Shown one piece after another: positions 1-12,000 of a stretch of DNA of 64,000 nt. Both the position numbers and the translations under genes were made by a program. How positions within the stretch are numbered: the first letter of the stretch is position 1; the number at the start of each line of letters is the position of its first letter. The stretch lies in NCBI GenBank assembly GCA_041651055.1, contig JBAZJW010000001.1, forward strand, positions 306,661-370,660, in the 5' to 3' direction. A model generated the notes under the pieces. The model saw only the letters and a list, made by a program, of their open reading frames with translations. It made no database searches and was not told where the DNA came from. The stretch comes from Minisyncoccota bacterium. GTDB taxonomy: Bacteria; Patescibacteriota; Minisyncoccia; Phycocordibacterales; UBA5272.

Positions 1-3000
1 GAAATCTGAGATAGCACGACCGAGTGCTCGTCCTTCTCCTGTCATCTTCATTGCATATCCTGGCATTGTCTTTGATACCGTAAGGAAATCTCCACGCTTT
101 ACTTCGCCGTTTTCTGTTGTAACCTTCACAGGAATACGTCCAGAGAATGCAACCGGTACACCGTCACGTGTATCACCACCAAGTGTAATACCTGCCTTTG
201 TAGAAATAACTCCGATGGCTTCATAGTCTGTGAGCGCCTTACGTACACCTGAGATATCGTACATTTCGGTTGTCGTACTTGTGTTACTTATCTGACCCCA
301 TGCGACGGTCGATGTACCGAATGCCACCACAGTACCCGCATCCACCGCTTCGAGTGCTGGATAATTTTCTGCTAAGTCGGCAGGCGTACCGATAGTTGTA
401 CCACCATCGGTGAACACATCTCCATCTGAATCAATACGGAACTTCACGTTTGATGCACCTCCAACATCTGAAAGAAGTCTGAAGATATCTACGTTCGATG
501 TCGATGTCGCAGAGTATGCATCGAGAACAGAAAGTGGTGTCGCCATGTTGATACCTACACGTGGATACTGTACTGCGGCGTAGCCGTTTGATTCACCATA
601 TACCGTAAGAACACTGGTACCTGCGATTGCTGCTGAATAACTCTCTACGGTACCTGTCGCTGCATTCAATATTGGAAGATCGGTCCACTGTACTATACCA
701 GCATCAGTGTCGAATGAAAGGTTTCCAAGTTCGAGGTTCGAAATTGACGTGACTGATGTAGAAGCATTGTAGAAAAGTCCACCTGAACCGATATTTACGT
801 TACCAGCAAATGTCGATGTCGCTGTACTTGAAGCCGCAGTGAAGAGGTTCGCATATACTTCACCAGCCTGACCAGCGTATGTGGTGGTGCCGAAGAGAAG
901 TGCGCCGAGTTGATTCATCATCATGAGTGATGAGCCGGTCGATGATGCGATGTTGAATGGATTCGTTCCTCCGACACCTTGAACGAAGAGTGATGTCGTT
1001 GGGGTGGTGGTTCCGATACCAATATTTCCTGCGATAAGTGTACCCGTAATACTTCCCTGCGAACCATTTCCGAGTCCTAAGACCCCAGCGGAGATACGTG
1101 AAAAACCAGTATCGCTATTTTCAGGGTTTGTATCTGGACTCCATGACAACACACCAAGAGCCGCGACACCGTGAGATAAGGATGTTGTTTTTATCCAAGC
1201 ATTAGAAGCAGAGTTAAGAAATCGCAGAGAGTTTATCGAGGGTTGTATCGTACCACTTGCAGAAGCACCAGATATATCAATCTTAAGAGATCCACCGCTC
1301 CCAGAAGCAACTATGTCACCACCAACGGAAAGTTTAAAGCTCGGTGTCGATGACCCGATTCCCACATTTCCATTTCCCAAAATCGTCATTGCAGTATTGA
1401 ACGCATTTTGGAATGTGCCTGAGGTACTACTTGCGGCGGCTGTCTGGAATATGAATGCTCCACCGAGACCTGTGCCTGTTCCGGCTGATGCTTTGAAAGT
1501 CGTACTTGTACCTGCAGTGTTCGTTGTTCCTGCAACAACGGACTGCACACTAAATGTCTGTGCAACTGGTGAAGCTGCATCAGCACCTCCAAGCTGGAGA
1601 TTGGCGGCTGCTTTACGAGAAAGAAACAAGTCTGGAGTACTCACAGCATCTAGACCACTTGACCAACTATATGAATAGTTGCTTGGAACAGATATATTCG
1701 AATACTTCCAAACCAATAGTTTTCCCTTAACCCCAGCCCCGTCATCTCCAAAAAAGCCAGTATAAGCATTAGCAATTCCGGTTATGTAATGTGGGCCTCC
1801 AGAAATAATCAATGAACTTGGAGATGAAATACTTCCAGTAGGAACAGTCATAGCACCGTCCTTTCGTACACTGAACTTACTAACTCCACCAACCTGCAAA
1901 TCAACTAAATTAGATGCAGCCAAACTCGCTGTATCGGTAATATTCATCGTAAGACCAGACATTGTAGACCCTGACTGATTCCACGTCTGTGCGAGATTAA
2001 CCAATGAACTCGTCGCTGTGACCGTACCACCATTCACAGAGAGTGGAGATACTGGGCTTGTCGTACCGATACCAACATACCCACCAGCACTTGCGAGAAT
2101 AGTTTGACCTGTGACAGTGAGAGCTGTAGACGAAGCAAGAGCTAACGTTGCATCCCCTGTTACATTAAGTGTCCCTGTCGCGGTAAGATTGTGCGTTGAG
2201 AAATCTGTGACAAGTGTCATGAAGGTGCTCGACGCATACGCATTCGTCACGCCTGAACCCGCTACGATAGTACTCCACAGTGTTGATGTGCCCGTACTTA
2301 CAAGAGCCTGTCCTGATGTGCCTGTAGCATTCGTACTATCGCGGAACCAACCAGAGAGATTAAGATTTGTGGATGTTGAGTTTGTAAACAATGAAGAAGG
2401 TGCGTTGACGGTACCTGTAGCTGTCACATTCCCCGCGAAGTATGAATCTCCGTTTACAGCAAGCTTGGCAGTAAACGTAGTCGTGCCAAGTCCGAGATTT
2501 CCATTAATATCAAATCTTGCTTTTTCTATTCTATTAATACCGAAAAGAATATTATGATACGAAGCTATACCTGTGTCGTTTGCATTATATCCTTCCAATA
2601 CCACGTTCCCTGTCGAGTTACCTGTGAGAGCTTGGAATGTAATACCGTTACCTGTTCCACCCATAAGGCTTTCATTTGTAACTCTAAGAGCACCCGTTTG
2701 GGATGTTGATGGGTAAATATCTATTCCGTATTGATTATCTCTAATTTTTGAGTTACCTACCACGATGCTTGCCGTACCAGCGCCACCGATAGCAGCAGCT
2801 GAGGCATCTGACATAAGTAAAACTTTACCTGTTGTCGTTCCTGCACGAACAGTACCAAAAACATCAAGCGCGTATCCTGGTGTCGATGATCCGATTCCTA
2901 CATTTCCATTCGCAAGCACATTAAATATCGATGTTGATGTAGCAATACTAAAGAGGTTCGAGGTGCCTGTTGCTGTGGATGAAGAAACGGAAAGAAGGGA

Positions 3001-6000
3001 GAGTGGTGTGGTGGTGCCGATACCGACGTTGCCTCTTGTACCACCAAGAATAATATTCCCTGATATGCCTGTTCCGTACCCAAGACCACCATCTAAAGTA
3101 ATATTGCCTCCACTCGCAAGACCTGCTGATCCAGATGAACCATTACCACCAGTGAGTGTAAGGATACCTCCTGTGATATTTGTTACGGCGTCCGGGGAAG
3201 CGTTACCACCGTGAAGGGTGAGTGAGGTCACTGCGTCTTGTCCACTTCCTAAGTTAGCTCCACGAACAGTCAATTTTGCAGAAGGCCCGTCGGTATCATT
3301 TCCAGAAATCACAGCATTAGCATAATAAGCTCGTATTGGTTTATAGAACTTAATTTGATTATCACCTGAACCAAAATTAATAACATTCCCATCTGTATTT
3401 GTAATCAATAGCCCATTCGTAGAAGAATTAAGTGCTCCCGGAATTGTTGGTCGCCCATCTTTTCTTACACTAAACTTACTAATTCCGCCAACCTGCAAAT
3501 CAACTAAATTAGAGGCAGTTAAACTGGCAGTATCTGTAATATTCATCGTAAGACCAGAAAAGGTTGATCCTGACTGGTTCCACGTCTGCACTAAATTCAC
3601 CAATGAACTTGTCGCAGTAACGGTTCCACCGTTAATAGAAAGTGAAGACGCAGGACTCGTGGTACCAATACCAACGTATCCATTATCAAGAACCGTAAGT
3701 CCTGGGATATTTGTACTTCCTGTTGTCTGGAACGCAATACCCGTGCCAGTGCCTGCACCTTTAACACCAAGACGTGCATATGGGGTAGAGGTACCGACAC
3801 CGAGATTGCCCGTACTAGTCACACGCATCGACTCTCGTGCGGTATAACCAACTTGTGATCTAAAGACCATGTCGCCACCAGACCAATAGTTATCAAAAAA
3901 AGTAGTGCCATTTGGCGCATCATAATAAAACTTAAATCCTTCATTAAAAGCGCCTCCACTAAAACCGTTTGATGAAGTAATACCGATAGAAGCAATATCG
4001 TTATTACCAAGACCTTTAAGCACAAGGCTTGGCGCACTTGAAGTAATCTGAAGATCAGCCCCGGGTGCTGTTGTACCAATCCCCACTCTCCCTCCCGCTG
4101 TCGCAAGATACGTACCACCTGTGACAGTGAGTCCTGTTGAGCTTGCGGTAGCGAGTGTACTCTGACCATTTACGTTAAAAGTTCCTGTGAATATTCCATT
4201 TGTTCCTGTGAAGCCTGTTGACGAAAGGTTCGTTGTAGACGCATTTGTAATCGTTGCATTTGTAGAAAAGAGTGATGCGAGGGTAGCTCCTGTTGCAGAG
4301 AGGTTTGTGGTAGATGCATTACCTAACGTAGTCTGACCAGAGATATTGAGTGTCCCTGTCGCAGTGACGTTACCCGCGAAGTATGAGTTGCCATTAACTG
4401 CGAACATTGCTGCGGGAGTGGTGGTGCCGATACCGACATACCCAGAAGTACCATTAATACGCATCGCTTCAGTACCATCAGCTTTGTTTATCATTGTGTT
4501 ACCTGTTGTTCCTAGGAACGTAGTGTCTGGTAATCCAGGTTCGAGAATCACATTTCCACCATTATATGCAGAACCTGATCTTGCAAGGTTATCCCCTCCT
4601 TTGACCAGTACGTGTCCGTTCGATTTATTTGTATATCCTGTAACCAAAAGAGCAGGATTATCATACCCTGCGGAAATAGAGCTCCCAGCAAAACCCTTTA
4701 CCGTTGCTGTATTTAACCACATAAAAGGGTTTGCTCCTCCGGCTGAAAAACCAAGAGTTCCAGCGTATCCGAAAAGCAAACTAACACTATTCCCAAGAAT
4801 ACTATTTGCACCAATATTAAGATTTCCATCTAACTTGGTATCACCAACAACATGAAGCTTTGAACTTGGTGTCGATGTTCCTATCCCCACATTCCCTCCC
4901 GCGGTTGCAAGTGTCGTCGTGCCTGTTGTATTGAAAAGCGTAGCGTAGAGGTTTGTTGCAGTGAATCCGGTTGAAGATGCGTTCGAGAGCGTGGTTTGAC
5001 CAGCGATGTTAAACGTGCCTGTTGCTGTCACATTACCCGCGAAGTATGAGTCTCCATTTACCGCGAACTTAGTGGTAGGAGAACTAGTGCCAATACCTAC
5101 ATTTCCTCTTGTTGTCGCAAGGAGAACGTTTCCTGCAATACCTGCATTCACAGGAGCTCCACCATCTAGGTAAATATTTCCACCATTTCTTGCTGTAGCA
5201 CCGGCATCCGATGAAGCACCACCGATGAGAAGCATATCTCTACCTGCCGCTGAATATGTTCCGTATTCACCAATACTCGTCGGACGAATAGTAAATGTTC
5301 CTGCAGTACTTCCAGCGCTTGGTCCTCCAGATAAAATAGAAGATCCTCCATTATTTATTTGAACGACTCCACTGGTACTATTTGGTGCAATACTAATATC
5401 TGTACCACTTCCACCTCCAAAACTCATTGTTCCACGCAAATCTCCTGTCGTCTGGTAGTAATCCTTAATCGAATTTCCGTTAATAGTAAGAAAATGATTT
5501 GACGGAGCCCCACTAAATGTAGCAATTCCTGCAGAACTTACTTTGAACATGCTAGATCCACCACTGTTTACATCGAACAATGCTGAAGGTGTAGATGTTC
5601 CCACTCCCACATTTCCTCCCGCAGTTGCAAGTGTCGTTGTACCTGTTGTATTGAAAAGCGTAGCGTAGAGGTTTGTTGCAGTGAGTCCTGTCGTTGATGC
5701 ATTCGTCAAAGTTGCAGACGTCGCAGACAAAGTGCCGACTGTCGCAGACGTGGAATATAAGTTCGTAAGTGTTGCTCCTGTTGCGCTTAAGTTCGTAGTT
5801 GACGCATTCGTAATCGTTGCATTTGTAGAGAAGAGTGATGCGAGTGTCGCTCCTGTTGCAGAAAGGTTTGTTGTAGAAGCGTTCGCAAGTGTCGTCTGAC
5901 CTGTTACGTTAAGTGTGCCTGTCGCTGTTACATTTCCTGCGAAGTATGAGTTACCGTTGACTGCGAACATCGCAGCAGGAGTAGTGGTACCGATGCCGAC

Positions 6001-9000
6001 ATTGCCACTATTTATAGACATCGTATTTATTAAACCAGTTGCAGAACCAGTATAGAAATCCATTCTTGCTGGACCTCCATTACCAGCAATTGCATTACCG
6101 TTTTGAACAACATCAATGACAGCTTGGTTATATAATGCCCCCGCCGTATTTACTCCAGAAAAACCAATCTGCCCTAAACCCTCTCCGTTTAAAGTTGTTG
6201 CTAAAGTTCCACTTACGTCTGAATGAGATTTTCCGAGAGTGATTCCTCCAGCCCCTTGCCAATTAGAATATGTACTAGAATAAGATATTGCTCGTAGTTG
6301 TGCAGAACTACCAGTAACACTACCAGTACCAGCTACATCTAGCTTAACACCAGGATTCGTTGTCCCGATGCCGACATTGCCTGTAAAATAGCTTCCATCT
6401 TTGTCTATGTACAGTTTTTCGGCGGCAGTATCATAACCACCCCCTCGTAAACTGATCGAACCCGTACTATTGCTAGCCGAAGCTGCATTTGAAAATACAA
6501 CAATACCATTTGCCCCATCGGGACCAAACGCAGCCTTGCTTGCTAGAGAGGCGACACCGAATGATGACCCGTATGCTCTAAAAAAACCGCCAACGGAACC
6601 ACTATAAGCCCCTACCGTTGCAGAATTTGAATTACTTGTACTATTAACTCGAATTGTACTATTAATCCCTGAACCATCGCCAGTGACTTCCAGTTTACCG
6701 TTTACTGGGTTTGTCGTTCCGATACCAACATTACCGTTGGAAATTATTCTCATCGCTTCAACACCATTGTTTGGAAAGAATCCAATTGAGGCACTAGCAC
6801 CGGCTCTGAGTTCCATAAGACTAGCGCTCATTCCAATACCATAATTATTTACTGGATTCCCATCGTTATACATGGTCCATTTGAGATTGGCAGGGCTTCC
6901 TGGAGTGCTATTGCCGTATGTACCTCCAAACGATACATTTAAAGGAGAAGCTGTGCTCTGACTAACATTTTTTCCAAAAATTGTATCTCCATTCGCAAGT
7001 ACATTAAATATCGGAGAGGTTGTCGAGTTGAAAGAAATAAACGGTGAAGCAAGTGATGTCGATGACGCCATGACGGAGAGCATTGCTATTGGAGAAGTCG
7101 TCCCCACTCCCACATTTCCATTCGAAGCAATAGTCATACGCTCGACACTCGATGTTACGAAGCGTAGATAATCATCCACACCTGCGGTGATGTATGTCGT
7201 CTGCGCTGGATTGATCACACCACCTAGACCTTGCCACACAGCATTGTCCCCGTATCCTTCGAACTGATGCGTAGTGACGTTGTAACGAACCTGTCCCGTG
7301 CCGGCTAATGATGGACGCTGTACCGTTGTACCTACAGGAAGACGAAGTGCATCGGTACCATAAATATCTACGATAGACGCAGGTGTCGCAGTCCCAATAC
7401 CGAGACGTGTGTTTGTATTATCCCAGAAGAAGTTCGCATTATTTTGTGAAAGCTTACCTCCTGTGCTGATGAATGGAATAGAGCCAGAGGTGAGTGCTGA
7501 GAAGTATGAGTCACCAGAGGTAGTAACATTCGTAGTGGATGCGTTGGTGGTCGTAAGACCACCAACGAACGCATTTGTAAGTGTCGCACCTGTCGCACTC
7601 AAGTTCGTAGTAGACGCATTTGTAATCGTTGCATTTGTAGAGAAGAGTGATGCGAGAGTGGCACCTGTTGCAGAGAGGTTCGTAGTAGACGCATTCGTAA
7701 ATGTCACATTCGTTGCAGTAAGTCCTCCGAAGAATCCATTCGTGAAGTTGAGCCCTGAACCAGAGATGTTCGTAGTAGAAGCATTTGTTACAGTAAGTGC
7801 TGAGAGGAATGCGTTTGTTGCAAAGAGTCCTGAAGCAGAGAGGTTCGTGGTGGATGCATTTAGGATTGTAGCTGTACCTGTAGTGTTCGTATTTCCGAAT
7901 ACTGCGCCAGTTGCACTGATGTTCGTTGTCGATGCATTTCCAAGTGTTGTCTGACCCGTAACTGTTAGATTAGAAATCGTTGTCGTTGCTAAAGTTGAAG
8001 TTCCTGTTACAGCAAGTAGCGTTGTGGTAGCGTTCGTAAGTGTTGCGTTTGTAGAGAACAGGGATGTAAGCGTAGCTCCTGTGGCTGAGAGATTCGTAGT
8101 CGATGCATTTCCAAGTGTGGTCTGACCGGTTACGTTAAGTGTACCGTTCGAAGCAAGAGATGATGTCGCGGTGATATTTCCAGCAGTGAAAGAGTTGAAG
8201 GTTGCAGTGATTGCATTTAATATCGTTGCGAAGAAGTTTGATGATGTCGCATTCACAAGTGTCGAACTTGCTGATGTAAAGCCAGTCGCTGAGAGGTTGG
8301 TCGTACTAGCATTCGTAATCGTTGCAGTACCTGTCGTGTTTGTATTTGTAAACGTTGCCCCTGTTGCGGAGAGGTTGGTCGTCGATGCACTTGTGGTGAT
8401 GAGCGAAGTAATAGAACCGTTTGTAGAAGAAATGTTTGTCGATGTAGAATATGTTGCGAGCAAATTCGTCGTATAGAGTGATGTCGCAGTCAGTCCTGTT
8501 GTCGATGCATTCGTAAGATTCGCAGCAATTGCATACAGTGTGTTTGCAGTAAGTGCTGATGATGATGCAGTGGAAAGTGTTGTCTGCCCCGTAACACCAA
8601 GTGTCCCCGTGAAGTTCGCAGCACTTGAAATAGTCTGTCCATTGATAAGGCCAGTAGTGAGGGCTCCAGATCCGAGATCAACAGCACCTACGAATGTGTT
8701 TGTCGCACCAAAAGTAAGACGAGTAGTCCCTGTGGAATCTTTGATAGCATTGCCATTTAATTGAAGCTTGTCATCTACGACAAGCGTATCGGTATTGATA
8801 TTGAAAATCGCATTCTGAATACCGAGAGATGCCTGAATCGTTGTATCACCTTCTGCATCCACTCGGAAACGCTCGACACCATTCACACCGACACCGAGAA
8901 GTGTACTGTTTGTGGAGCCTGACCCTGGATTAATATAAAGACTTCCTTGTCCGAGACCTGTACCGAGTGGTGTGCCAGTGAGTGTAAGCATCCCCGCAAT

Positions 9001-12000
9001 ACTTGATGTTGCAGTACCAGCGACGTTAATTGAATTCGCGAAATTAACTTTGAAGTTATTGAACTCAAACTGTGAAAGTGTAGAATTCCATTTAAGAACG
9101 GCGTTTGGTGTAGCAATACCTCGAGAAAATTCTAACGTTGAATCCTGTGTATCATTGGTGAAATTACCTGTATTAATAATAAAGGTTGATGACGCTGTAC
9201 CACCTGCCACAAGGTTCGAAATTGTCGTCGTTGCAGCATAAATATTTCCAAAACGGAAAGTCGGAGATCCGAGGTCTGCACCAAGGTCTGTTGAAGGCAA
9301 AATTGTCGAAGCGATTTTACCATTAATAGTCACCGTGTCAGCTGAGCTATCCCCCAAGATTGTATTACCATTTGTTGTGAGATTTCCAGAGAAAAGGTTC
9401 GTACCTGTTGTGTTCGTTGAATTAAATGTTCCGACAATTTGCACGTCGCCTTCTGCATCGATACGAGCCTTTTCAGCACCGGCAACCGAAAGACCGAGGA
9501 GAACATTGTTTGTTCCTGCTGATGTTGGATTGACATACACGGTCCCCTGATTGATTCCTGTTCCGAATGGCACAGCAAGGAACTGAATCTGACCATTTGT
9601 GATAGATGATGTGAGCGATCCTGCAACATTAAGAGACCCCCCAATGTACACATTACCAGATGTCTCAATAACACCAGGAGCTGTCGTAGCCACCCCGACA
9701 CCGAAGCCTCCAGAAATATATCCGTTCGTTGCTTTTATATCACTTGAAAAAAGATTTGTCGTCGTTGCATTACCTCCAACAAATGTATTGGTGTAAAGAT
9801 TCGTCGATGTCGCATTCGTAATGATCGCATTTGTTGTCGTGCTGTTACCAACGATGAGGTCTGTAATACGTGCAAGTGTGGACCAGAGGTTTGAGAAGAA
9901 GCCGTTGGTGGATGTGGCACTAGTTGCGGTGAAGCTTGTGGCTGTTGTTGTGGCGAAAGTTGAGGTGCCGACGACAACCACTTGTCCATTTACGTTAAGT
10001 GTTCCGCCTCCGATAACAAGTTTGTCGATGTATGCGTTTGTCGTTGTGGCGTTCGTTGTAGAAGCGTTCACGGCAACGAGATTTGTGGTCGTACCATTTG
10101 CTACCGTAAGGTTTGTCGTTGAGGCAGTACTAGCAGAGAGATTCGTCACAGTTGTGGTTGCAAGCGTTGATGTTCCAACGACGACCACTTGTCCATTTAC
10201 GTTAAGTGTTCCGCCACCAATGACGAGGTTATTGATATATGCGTTTGTTGTCGTGCTGTTCGTTACGATTGCATTTGTTGTTGTACTGTTTGTTACTTCG
10301 AGACCAACAATTGCAGCGAGCGCTGAAAAGAAATTAGTTGTTGTTGCGTTTGTTCCAAAAAGATTCGAAGCAAACAGATTCGTCGATGTCGCATTCGTAA
10401 TGATCGCATTTGTTGTCGTACTGTTACCAACGATGAGGTCTGTGATACGTGCAAGTGTGGACCAGAGGTTTGAGAAGAAGCCGTTGGTGGATGTGGCATT
10501 GTTTGCAGTGAAGCTTGTGGCTGTTGTGGTGGCAAAAGTTGAGGTGCCGACTACGACAAGCTCACCATTTACCGTCACATTACCATTTGATGTAGATGAT
10601 CCAACGACAAGGTTCTGAACATATGCGTTCGTCGTTGTACTGTTCGTCACGATCGCATTTGTGGTCGTTGAATTTCCGATGATGAGGTCAGTTATATTTG
10701 CGAGCGTGGACCAAAGATTTGCAAAGAAACCATTGGTGGATGTCGCGTTTGTTGTAATACTATTTGTTGCAAAAAAATTAGTACTTGAGGCGTTCGTTGT
10801 GGATGCGTTTGTCGCTGCAAGATTTGTGGTTGTAGCACTTGTCGCAATAAGGTTTGTTGTTGTTGCAACGTCGGCAGTAAAGCTTGTCACCGTCGTAGTG
10901 GCAAGCGTTGAAGATCCATATACAACAAGCCCACCATTTACCGTCACATTACCGTTTGATGTCGATGAACCATTTGTAATATATGACCCAACGACAAGAT
11001 TTTGTATGAAGGCATTTGTTGCGGTTGCATTGTCCACCAAGAATCTTGTAGCCGAAACATCTGTGAGAGTAGAGCTTGCAGCGGAAAGATTGGTGATATA
11101 TGCATTTGTTGTCGTGCTGTTTCCAAATGTAGAAGAGCTTGCCGTGAGTGTGTTCGCCGAAACTCCTGCACTAAATGATGCTGACCCTGTAAAGACGTTA
11201 GAACCACTGAATGCCACACCATTTAAGGTTGCATTCGCAAGGTACATATTTGACGATGTGCCATAGTTGAAATTCGCATATTCGATTGTCGTATCGCGAA
11301 GGTATCCAATAGTTGAAACACCGATGAGGCTCTGTGCGAAATATGGCGTCGATGATTGATTAACTGTGGTAGGCGTGATGAATCCACCGAACGATGTTGG
11401 TAAAGAAGGATTTGAAGCACTCTGTCCATCACGACCATCTCGCCCGTTTGCTCCAGCAGGACCGGCAACCGGCACATACTCAGTAATATACTTCGTGAGA
11501 TATATAGGTGAAGCGGCGGGAGTTGTTTTTATGGTAGCTGATGTAACAGATGAAGAAGGAGTGCTTACAGTAGGTGTAGTGACGGCCGGAGCGACTGCGA
11601 CAGTGTTTGTTGTGTTCGTAGATGGAGAAAGCAGTCCTGATGCAAGAATGGTGTAATTACAGCGCTTCTGATCAAGAGTTGATGAAAGAGAGGAAAGTTT
11701 ACAGTAGAGAGAGAGTGAGAGTTGGTCAAGGAAAGGGAGGTTTTTCTTTTGCTGCGCAAGACCACTTGGAGTTTGTGAGGTAAAGGCACCAAGCACTACA
11801 CCTTGATTCTGCGCATGTGGCAGCAATTCAATTTGTGCAAGACGTGGAAGATGAGTGTTCACACTTGATGCATATGTTGCCACTGTTTCTTTACTAAAGA
11901 TTTCTCCATGAAGCGTACCTACGATGTACGAAGTGAGTGTATGCACAAATGGAAGAGCGAGAGGAGTTCCAGCAACACCAACCTCACGAGGAGTCGCACC

